64,000 bases of DNA. Source: a virus. Lineage: Duplodnaviria > Caudoviricetes. Each line of letters starts with the position of its first letter. Positions within the stretch are counted from its first letter, which is position 1. Below the pieces are notes generated by a model, which searched no databases, was not told the DNA's origin, and saw nothing but the letters and a program-made list of their open reading frames with translations. This document shows positions 7,432 to 15,284 of the stretch, piece by piece. The stretch is from IMG/VR virus record IMGVR_UViG_3300027708_000013, one strand, 5' to 3'. Both the position numbers and the translations under genes were made by a program.

Positions 7432-9193
7432 TTTCTACATCCGTGTTGTAAGTGGTATAGCCGTGTTCTTTAACTACTTTAAGAGTGTTGTTGACCCTAC
7501 CAACCAGTTCATCCTTGTGACTTACCAGCCAAATTGATTTATTACCTTCCCTGGACATTTTTTTAAGAATAGCCAAGCTGTTTTCAACTCCCGATGAGTC
7601 AAGCCCGGAATCAATCAACTCGTCTATAAACAACAAGTTGATGGGTTGATATAAACTTTCCCACACATCGCGGAAACTCCAGCTCAAGGAAAGTATTAAA
7701 CGATTACGCTCGCCACGGCTCAAGTTGTCAAAGTCTAGATCTCTTCCCAGTTCAGTGATGCTTACAGTTAGGTCGTTAAGGAATTTCACAGTGTGCGGTA
7801 AACCAATACGGTCTAGATATTGTCCCAGTCTAGCATTTAAGTAACTTAGATTTTGATCAATGATACGTTTGCGAATAAACGAATCTTTATTAGTCAATAA
7901 CTTTAACAGAAACTCTTGATGTTCTCGCACATTGGTCAGGGTGTTGATAGCATCATAACTAATTTCCTCAATGCCTTGACTTTGCATTTCTGCAATTTGA
8001 TCACGATAAGGATCGTCTTCCTCGCTTTTCACGGCTAACTGTTGTTGCAAACTGGCCACGCTGGCTCTGTGTTGCACAGCATCTTGTTCTTGATCATAAA
8101 ACGTAGCAGGTGCCGAGCCCAGTTCGCCCAATGTAGTCACAGCTTCGGTAAATGCCGCCACATCGTTGACAGCAGTGATCAAATTTTCTTCAGCCACAGT
8201 TAAATCCTGTTGTTTAGCCTCCAAGACCTGTACATGCCGCTCGTCGTGGAACTCCTGCCCACAGGTGTGACACTGATGGTCATGCAGCGATGCGATCTCT
8301 TGCTGGAGTTTTTCAATAGCTTTAGTTTCACGTACTTGATCCTGTGCAGAACGTCGAAGATAGGACTGTACGTCACTGATGTCTTTCTTCTTTTGAAGAT
8401 ACGCCGTAAGTGCCCGGTGTGCCCCAATCTCTTGATCGATATCAAGCTCGAGTAACTGATCGAGCGCCGTCTCCAGGTTGGCAATGTCTGCGTCATGTCG
8501 AGTCTTCCATAAGGTTTGTCTACGCTTTAAGTTTTCAATTTGTTCTTGTACACGCACATTGGCATCGCCCACGGCCTTGATACGATATTCTTCTTGCGTA
8601 ATTGAATCTCGAGTGGCTTTGTTCTGTTCTTTTAGTCGATCAGCTTTTTCACTTAGTAATGTAATGCCCAGCAACTGTTCGATGATAGATCTTTGATCGT
8701 TGGCACGCAGGGCAAGAAATGGTTCGGTATAGGTGTTGAGTGCTACAATGTGTTTGAACATGTCGTGGCTCATGCCCAACATGCGTTCTATTTCTGCTTG
8801 TGTTTCTCTTGAATCACCTTGAGCATCATCGGTGATTTCTCGTTCTGTATCTCCCACAAAGAAACGCATGACATTGGGTTTTCTGCCACGTTCAATTCTA
8901 TAAGTTTCTCCATCCTTTTCAAAATCCACAGTCACCATCATGTTTTTTTGATTGGTTTTATTGATCAAGTTTTCTTTACGGATATTGGTTAGTGCATTGC
9001 CATACAAGGCATAACTGAGAGCATTGATGATGGTGGTCTTACCGGTGCCGTTTCTAGCACCAGAATCGTCTCCACCCAAGTCCAAGTTTTCACCCAGCAC
9101 CAAGGTCAAGTCTTGACGGTCAAAGTTTACAGCCTGGGTGCTGTTGCCCACGCTCATGAAATTTTTTACAGTTAAATCTTTTATTTTGAACAT
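7424..9193 (-). CDS. gp46: Recombination endonuclease ATPase subunit gp46 (Rad50/SbcC-like)
   Basis: Walker A GTGKTT, zinc hook CHTC, signature LSRGE, Walker B LFIDE, SGLD, LVSH. Start placed at ATG 9193 (MFKIKDL). Confidence 0.96.
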   Translation of the reverse strand: MFKIKDLTVKNFMSVGNSTQAVNFDRQDLTLVLGENLDLGGDDSGARNGTGKTTIINALSYALYGNALTNIRKENLINKTNQKNMMVTVDFEKDGETYRIERGRKPNVMRFFVGDTEREITDDAQGDSRETQAEIERMLGMSHDMFKHIVALNTYTEPFLALRANDQRSIIEQLLGITLLSEKADRLKEQNKATRDSITQEEYRIKAVGDANVRVQEQIENLKRRQTLWKTRHDADIANLETALDQLLELDIDQEIGAHRALTAYLQKKKDISDVQSYLRRSAQDQVRETKAIEKLQQEIASLHDHQCHTCGQEFHDERHVQVLEAKQQDLTVAEENLITAVNDVAAFTEAVTTLGELGSAPATFYDQEQDAVQHRASVASLQQQLAVKSEEDDPYRDQIAEMQSQGIEEISYDAINTLTNVREHQEFLLKLLTNKDSFIRKRIIDQNLSYLNARLGQYLDRIGLPHTVKFLNDLTVSITELGRDLDFDNLSRGERNRLILSLSWSFRDVWESLYQPINLLFIDELIDSGLDSSGVENSLAILKKMSREGNKSIWLVSHKDELVGRVNNTLKVVKEHGYTTYNTDVEIV

Positions 9194-10146
9194 TGTTGTA
9201 CACACACCAAGTTTGGGTTGTTGTTAAAACTATCTGGAAATCTTTTTTGCCACAAATCACTGCCAATAATTTCTTCTAGCGTCTTATTATAAAGACTAAT
9301 TTGTGCAAAGTCAATATTTAATATTTTCTTAAAATGATAGTTGATAATTGCATATTGAGTTTTTTGATGTTTAGCCAAGTGCCACCCCATTAACCAACAG
9401 CAAGGCCATATGGTACCATCTGCATATATGCTGACCCATCCTGTTTTTTGACTCAGACAATCAACTTTTACTTGTGTAAACTTCTTTTTATTGAAATTAT
9501 TGCTAGTTGGCTTTATGATAGTATCAACAGGTACTGCGACGATATTTGCACGTTGTATTTGGCCTTGAGTCCCAGTAGCATCAAATCGATCTTGAAGTAT
9601 AGGTAAAAACTTGCGGAACCCTAATTTTTCACTTAATGCCCTGCACTCATCAATTTGATGCCGATTGTGGTCAAATATAATAAATTGCCAAACAGCACAG
9701 CCGCCTACGTCGATAAAAGCCTTTGCATTATCTATAATTTTTTGCCAATCTGTGTTTACTCGATACACATTGTGAGTATCCTCTAACCCGTCTATACCAA
9801 ATACCACACGATGCTTGGTACCAAATACTTTTCCTAAATTGCCCCACCAGGTGGTGTTTCTTAAACTACCATTGGTATGTAAAATAACCTGTGCATTGGT
9901 ATTGTTAATGGCCCATGCCAAAATATCTGCAATTTCTGGATGCATTAGATTGTCACCTGTTGTGCCATTAAAATTAATTTTTTTAACCTGTTGCCAGACA
10001 GTATCGGGTATTTGTTTGATTACTTGAGTCCAATCCAATCGATCATTCGTGGTCATTCCTTCTCCTCGCAGACATAAAGGACAAAGAGCGTTGCAATTAT
10101 TAATAGTTTCAATATCTAACGTAGTGATTTGATCTAAGTTAAACAT
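9181..10146 (-). CDS. Radical SAM protein with C-terminal twitch-like domain
   Basis: CNALCPLC, FNGTTGD, HTNGS, FGIDGL; GTIWPCCW...CVQQC. Confidence 0.9.
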   Translation of the reverse strand: MFNLDQITTLDIETINNCNALCPLCLRGEGMTTNDRLDWTQVIKQIPDTVWQQVKKINFNGTTGDNLMHPEIADILAWAINNTNAQVILHTNGSLRNTTWWGNLGKVFGTKHRVVFGIDGLEDTHNVYRVNTDWQKIIDNAKAFIDVGGCAVWQFIIFDHNRHQIDECRALSEKLGFRKFLPILQDRFDATGTQGQIQRANIVAVPVDTIIKPTSNNFNKKKFTQVKVDCLSQKTGWVSIYADGTIWPCCWLMGWHLAKHQKTQYAIINYHFKKILNIDFAQISLYNKTLEEIIGSDLWQKRFPDSFNNNPNLVCVQQCSK

Positions 10147-11258
10147 TGGTACAATTCTGGAAATGTTTCTGCTATACTTAATCCTCTACGACGGTCAAGT
10201 TCTTGGCATTTACTCAAAAACTTTGAATTGGAGAAACCTGGTTCCTTTGATAAACGGTCATGTATATTTTTAATAGTTGTATCATCAACCTCATTGATTT
10301 GATTTTGTATCCATTCAGACACATCGGCTGTAAAATTATAAAGATTAAAATAAGTTGGAGCATGTAACATATTAAAAAATATTGCAATTTCTTTTTCTTT
10401 ACAATAATCTATAGTTTTTTGCACATACCCAATATTAAATATACTCAATGTGTGCATCACCGTTAATTTTAAATTAGGTAATATCGTGGCCAATTCTTTG
10501 TACTTGGTTAAATTTGCATCAAATTCAGACCATACTGCCGGAAATCTTAAATATTCAAATTGATTCTCTACTCCGTCCATACTAACATTTAACTCAATCT
10601 CACCAAATTTGCTCCAGAATTCTATTTGTTCTGCAGGCATACGTGTGCCGTTTGTATTGTATTTTAATTTAATATGTCTAGCATCGCCGGACTTTACAAA
10701 ATAATCAAATAAATCGCGTTGTTCGTCGATGTTCATCATAAACGGTTCGCCCCCGATGAATTCTATGCTGGCTATATTCTTTGCATGGTCTTTGAGGTGT
10801 TGCCAAATTGGATCTGCAGATGTAATATTCAGCACAGGACCCGACGGCAAATTGAATTTTTTCTTTTCACTTATCCAGCCAGTACTTAGTGTATCGTTAC
10901 AGGTAGTGCATCGTATATTGCAATGATTTCCCAACCTAACATAGTATTCAACAAAATTGGTATTGGGTTCTGTTAGTTGATTTTTAAATTGATAATCAAA
11001 TATTTTCTTGTAAGTTTTATTATCTTGTTGGCGTTTGCTGACACCGCCTTGACTTTCTTGATTCCAACAGGTAGCACATTCGTTAATTTTTTTATTGTCG
11101 AGTAAATTTTGTTTTATGTTGGCCAATTGTGTACTATTGGCATATTCATTGATGTTGTTTGTTTTTATCCCGCCTGCAAACAAACAGCAAGGATTAATTT
11201 GTTTGCCCATGAAATAGTGCATACTAATCCAAGGATTAACACAAAAAGAGTCAGACAT
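10134..11258 (-). CDS. Radical SAM protein with N-terminal SPASM/twitch domain
   Basis: N-terminal CVNPW...PCC...CATCW, then CNIRCTTC, EFIGGEPF, YNTNGT, SMDG. Confidence 0.9.
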   Translation of the reverse strand: MSDSFCVNPWISMHYFMGKQINPCCLFAGGIKTNNINEYANSTQLANIKQNLLDNKKINECATCWNQESQGGVSKRQQDNKTYKKIFDYQFKNQLTEPNTNFVEYYVRLGNHCNIRCTTCNDTLSTGWISEKKKFNLPSGPVLNITSADPIWQHLKDHAKNIASIEFIGGEPFMMNIDEQRDLFDYFVKSGDARHIKLKYNTNGTRMPAEQIEFWSKFGEIELNVSMDGVENQFEYLRFPAVWSEFDANLTKYKELATILPNLKLTVMHTLSIFNIGYVQKTIDYCKEKEIAIFFNMLHAPTYFNLYNFTADVSEWIQNQINEVDDTTIKNIHDRLSKEPGFSNSKFLSKCQELDRRRGLSIAETFPELYQCLT

Positions 11259-12277
11259 TATAAATTCCTATAGATATCTAATAACAGATTTTTATTGAAT
11301 TGTTCGCTTTCGATGTTGCTCAACTGTCCAAACACAATTTGATCCACACTTTCAAAATTAATATTGCCAGCTATTTCGTAATCAGACAACTCTGTCACTT
11401 TGGCCGGTATAAGTGTAATCTCTCGTAACTTATACGTATCTATAAAAGTTTCTTTGATAAAAGTGGCTTCTTCGTAACTAATATCAATGTCTAGGTTAAC
11501 TCTAACATGCATATTGGGTTCCAACATGGACTCGGTGTGCTTGAGTACATCACTGAGTTGAAACACACGATATCTGGGCTGATCGGGCCATGCATGATAC
11601 ACCGGTTCATGATCCCACTCCAGTATCATTAGGCCTCTATCATCGTCACCGGCATCAGCATAGTTGTGCGGGAAACAGTTGCCCAAGTAAGTGACATTGC
11701 CTCTAGTTTGTCTTTTATGAAAGTGTCCAGAATAAACATGTTCAAATCCGGTCAAATCCGTTCGAGGATCGACTTCACCGTGATCCGGCATGGCCACCAT
11801 GGCATTCATCAAGTAGCCCGGCAGTTCAAAATGCCCAAACATGTACTTGCCGGACAGCTTCTTTAATCGTTTATGGTCGTCGCCCACCAGCCACGGAGCA
11901 ATAGTAACATCGCCCATAGTAGTCCAATCGTTACAAATATGGATGTTGGCCAGGTGTCGGGCCCACTCCACACTTTGTACATCACGCTTGTCACGATAAT
12001 ATAAATCGTGATTGCCGGGAATAAAGAATGTTTGCGAAAAGTTTTCATTCAAATGCTCCAAAGCACGTAGGCTGTAGCCCAGTGTGAGAATATTGATCGA
12101 CGCACGATTGTTGTGCCAGTCACCGGTAAAAATACAAGTTTCACAGCCTTCTGCCCGGGCCCGAGCAGTGGCCCATTTGACAAATGCCAAACAATCCTCG
12201 TTGTGCAAGGTGCTGTTGCTTTTCAAGCCAAAATGTATGTCTGTGAAAACTGCTGCTTTTTTAAATAAGTTGGTCAT
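11258..12277 (-). CDS. gp47: Recombination endonuclease nuclease subunit gp47 (Mre11/SbcD-like)
   Basis: Metallophosphoesterase motifs DIHFG, FTGDW, IPGNHD, GHFE, YSGHFH. Confidence 0.96.
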   Translation of the reverse strand: MTNLFKKAAVFTDIHFGLKSNSTLHNEDCLAFVKWATARARAEGCETCIFTGDWHNNRASINILTLGYSLRALEHLNENFSQTFFIPGNHDLYYRDKRDVQSVEWARHLANIHICNDWTTMGDVTIAPWLVGDDHKRLKKLSGKYMFGHFELPGYLMNAMVAMPDHGEVDPRTDLTGFEHVYSGHFHKRQTRGNVTYLGNCFPHNYADAGDDDRGLMILEWDHEPVYHAWPDQPRYRVFQLSDVLKHTESMLEPNMHVRVNLDIDISYEEATFIKETFIDTYKLREITLIPAKVTELSDYEIAGNINFESVDQIVFGQLSNIESEQFNKNLLLDIYRNL

Positions 12278-12283
12278 TTACAT

Positions 12284-12313
12284 AGTGTAGCAAATTTATC
12301 CATACATTTGCAA
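12284..12313 (-). promoter_or_regulatory. Sigma70-like promoter upstream of gp47
   Basis: Minus strand TTGCAA (12313-12308), 18 nt, TACACT (12289-12284). Confidence 0.55.
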
Positions 12314-12321
12314 CCACTGAT

Positions 12322-13074
12322 TTACTCTTTAGTAATATTTGTCTTGTATATTTCTAGTAGATGAAACCCAAATTTTTCATGGGCAACTTTTCCTGGATGC
12401 CCATTCGCTCCATATTTTAAATAGTCCTTAGGCTGATACCCGTTGTCCAAAGCAAAATCTGCAAAACTAAAATTCCATAAATCAATAATGGAATTTTTTG
12501 TATATGAAAATTCTACTAAACTATTTAAAAAAGGAGCCGAGGTCGACACCTCAGGTAATGATGGAAATTTTTGACAGTTACAAAAAATTAAACAGTCAAT
12601 GCCATTGGATTTAGCAAAAGACTCAAACATAATTATATCGGTCAGTAAATTAGTAACTTCTGCTTCTTTACTAAAGTGTAGAAGCCACTGTTTATAGTAA
12701 TTTTTTACTTCAGAATCGGCATATTCGTATACATTGTGTTTAGTATTAACTAGCCCGGTAGACCAATCGAGTTTCTTTATAGATAAACTTGTGATTGGGT
12801 GAAAATCTCCGTCGTTGCCATTGGATGGCAAATGTGGTTGCCATAGTTCGGTTCTACTGATAAATGTTAATCCAATCAATGCTAGTACAGGCCCAATGTG
12901 GTGTTTTCTAATATCAATTAGCGATCTAATAGAACTACGTATAATACGTCGGTTACACGAACCTGGAATTCCCTCGTTTAATAATTTTCCTTTAAGTTCA
13001 GTTGATACCAATTCAGGGTAAATAACATGCTCTTGAATGCTACCAAAACTGCAAGAATTTGAATAAACTATCAT
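12322..13074 (-). CDS. SGNH/GDSL hydrolase-like protein
   Basis: N-terminal NSCSF (block I-like), GSCNRRI (block II) and C-terminal NGHPGKVAH; shares its layout with four paralogs at 50.6-63.2 kb. Confidence 0.6.
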   Translation of the reverse strand: MIVYSNSCSFGSIQEHVIYPELVSTELKGKLLNEGIPGSCNRRIIRSSIRSLIDIRKHHIGPVLALIGLTFISRTELWQPHLPSNGNDGDFHPITSLSIKKLDWSTGLVNTKHNVYEYADSEVKNYYKQWLLHFSKEAEVTNLLTDIIMFESFAKSNGIDCLIFCNCQKFPSLPEVSTSAPFLNSLVEFSYTKNSIIDLWNFSFADFALDNGYQPKDYLKYGANGHPGKVAHEKFGFHLLEIYKTNITKE

Positions 13075-13946
13075 TCGTCTGACCCGTGGCCCACACCTGA
13101 ACCCCAGTCGCCCTGTCGAGTATAACTGGGTGTTAAGCCGTTCATTTCCAGTATGTCATCACGAAGATTTTGATTTCGCTTTTCGATATTGAGCACACGG
13201 GTAAAACTATTGGTAATTGCAGCAGTGTAGTAGGCAAACGGGTTTTGACTTTTTGATTCGTCAAATTGCAGGCCAATTTGACTCAGTTGTAGCAGTGCTT
13301 GGCTACGCATCTCGTCATTGTAGGTGTAGCCACGCCAGTTGCTACGAGTGGCATAACGTTCGCACAGTTTAACAAACATGTGTGCCAATTTTGCTGTCAT
13401 TTTTCCGTGATCTCTATTGAATCGGCCTGTGTCAACAGCTCCACTCCAGTGACTTTTGCCCACACATTCTGCCGCGCCTGACTCATTGATTCGCCAGTGC
13501 TGAAATGGGGGAAAGTTTACCTTGACATATTTGTTGTGTGTGGTATCTAATTCGTCGTATTCTGTAATAAGTGGATCTTCTGAGTCATCAATGTCCAAGG
13601 CACTCATGCGGGCTTTTCGAGTTTTGACATCATCTACAGGAATGTGATCCCATGTCATGATTCTGAATACTACATCACTGTCGGCAACATCACGTAACTT
13701 GACTTGAAATTCATCCAATTTTCTCTTGACACCGGTTTCAGCCACAGCAGTTTCGTGTGCCAATTTGCCCAAGCGTTCTGCACGTAACCTACGGCCTTCC
13801 AGTGTATTTTTCTTGTTAATTTTGTCCACTGTGGGCAGTATCATGTCATAGTTGACATAACCGGGGTCGCTGTAACTGCAATAAGTAGTTTTGCTTTTGT
13901 GGATTTCTTTGAGTATATCTTTGTTATTTAAGTAATTTTGGCGCAA
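13071..13946 (-). CDS. gp55: Late-transcription sigma factor gp55
   Basis: NYLNNKDILKEI, CERYATRSNWRGYTYNDEMRSQALLQL, FDESKSQNPFAYYTAAITNSF. TTG start with GAGGA RBS. Confidence 0.95.
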   Translation of the reverse strand: MRQNYLNNKDILKEIHKSKTTYCSYSDPGYVNYDMILPTVDKINKKNTLEGRRLRAERLGKLAHETAVAETGVKRKLDEFQVKLRDVADSDVVFRIMTWDHIPVDDVKTRKARMSALDIDDSEDPLITEYDELDTTHNKYVKVNFPPFQHWRINESGAAECVGKSHWSGAVDTGRFNRDHGKMTAKLAHMFVKLCERYATRSNWRGYTYNDEMRSQALLQLSQIGLQFDESKSQNPFAYYTAAITNSFTRVLNIEKRNQNLRDDILEMNGLTPSYTRQGDWGSGVGHGSDE

Positions 13947-13968
13947 TTTATTTCCTCGTTGTAAGTGT

Positions 13969-13998
13969 ATACTAACATATATTTACACCTTGGGTCAA
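13969..13998 (-). promoter_or_regulatory. Sigma70-like early/middle promoter for gp55
   Basis: TTGACC (13998-13993), 18 nt, TAGTAT (13974-13969). Confidence 0.6.
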
Positions 13999-14030
13999 CC
14001 ACTTTTATAATAATAGCAGTTTATTTTGTT

Positions 14031-14038
14031 TATAAATA
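14031..14038 (+). promoter_or_regulatory. Canonical T4 late promoter TATAAATA
   Basis: Exact TATAAATA 30 nt upstream of the first baseplate gene. Confidence 0.8.
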
Positions 14039-14067
14039 CTGTATAACTTAATTATCACAGAACAAAT

Positions 14068-14976
14068 ATGCCAATACAATACGATGACGGTTCCAGTATG
14101 CAAACATTTGACGATGGCTCCACGCTGGCTGTGGGCAATGACGGCTCTTTGAGCTCCAGTCCCAGTACCGATTCTGTCAAAGACAAGGGATCAGCTTCCA
14201 GTTTTCTAGACATGAGCAGTATAAGAAAACGAGCTGCTGGGTTATTTTCCGGAGGTGCCCAAACCAATCGTGTTACCACAATGCCCAAGGTAAACACCCT
14301 GAGCCAAGGTCAACCACAACCAGTGGATTGGCGAGTGCGTATAAGTCTAGCCGGAACCGGGTGGACACCGTTGATGGACGATGCTGATACATCATTGTTA
14401 TCTCCCTTGACAAGAACTGCTGAAACAGGGGTAATTTTTCCGTACACACCTGCAATCACTGTGGCACACAATGCCAGATATCAAGAACAAGCTCTGACAC
14501 ACAGCAATTATAAAAATTATTTTTATGAAGGCTCGGATGTGGGTGCAATCACCATCAGTGGAGACTTCACTGTGCAAAACCTAGACGAAGGACAATATCT
14601 GCTGGCAGCCATATACTTTTTTAGAACCTGTACCAAAATGTTTTTTGGTAATGATACAAATGCTGGAAACCCACCGCCCATAGTATTTTTAGATGGCTAC
14701 GGGGACTTTTATTTTCCGCATGTGAGTTGTGTAATAACAAACTTCACACACACCCTGCCGGATTCAGTAGATTATATAGAAATTCCTGTAGGATCTTCGG
14801 CCACAGTGTCCACCGGTACTAAATCTGCCGCCAATCGATTGGTAAGACTGCCCACAGCCAGTCAATTATCTGTAACAGTGCAACCGGTATACAGCAGAGC
14901 CAACATTTACAAAAACTTTACACTGGGCAAATTTGCAAAAGGACAACTATTATCTGGCAATGGAGGATTCTTATAA
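14068..14976 (+). CDS. Baseplate tail-tube initiator/cap protein (gp48/gp54-like)
   Basis: DWRVRISL, GVIFPYTP, HSNY, ITISGDFTVQN, KMFFG...NPPPIVFLDGYG...CVITNF; first gene of the baseplate operon. Confidence 0.7.
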   Translation: MPIQYDDGSSMQTFDDGSTLAVGNDGSLSSSPSTDSVKDKGSASSFLDMSSIRKRAAGLFSGGAQTNRVTTMPKVNTLSQGQPQPVDWRVRISLAGTGWTPLMDDADTSLLSPLTRTAETGVIFPYTPAITVAHNARYQEQALTHSNYKNYFYEGSDVGAITISGDFTVQNLDEGQYLLAAIYFFRTCTKMFFGNDTNAGNPPPIVFLDGYGDFYFPHVSCVITNFTHTLPDSVDYIEIPVGSSATVSTGTKSAANRLVRLPTASQLSVTVQPVYSRANIYKNFTLGKFAKGQLLSGNGGFL

Positions 14977-15281
14977 TGGCTCAAGTTACCTACAGTAGAT
15001 CCAGCCCGTACTTTGGCACTGCAAGTTTTGGTCAGTTTCTTGATGTATTAACTGCACGACCCATCACTGCACAGGATGACGATGTAGTTTATACTATAGA
15101 CGCAATTTATCAATTTCGTCCCGACCTGTTGGCATTTGACTTGTATGGTGACAGTGCTTTATGGTGGGTGTTTGCTGCTCGTAACCCCAATGTGATTGAA
15201 GATCCCTTGTTGGATTTTCGTTCCGGGGCGGTGATACAGATCCCCACCAAGTCTCAATTGACCGCAGATTTGGGAATTTAA
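14976..15281 (+). CDS. gp53: Baseplate wedge protein gp53-like (LysM-like)
   Basis: YQFRPDLLAFDLYGDSALWWVFAARNPNVIEDP...GAVIQIP. Confidence 0.8.
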   Translation: MAQVTYSRSSPYFGTASFGQFLDVLTARPITAQDDDVVYTIDAIYQFRPDLLAFDLYGDSALWWVFAARNPNVIEDPLLDFRSGAVIQIPTKSQLTADLGI

Positions 15282-15284
15282 CTC

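Noticed and set aside
7424-13946. Inteins in gp46, gp47 or gp55
   Set aside because: Lengths are ordinary for these families, and no intein splice motifs (C-terminal HN followed by C/S/T) or LAGLIDADG blocks were seen.
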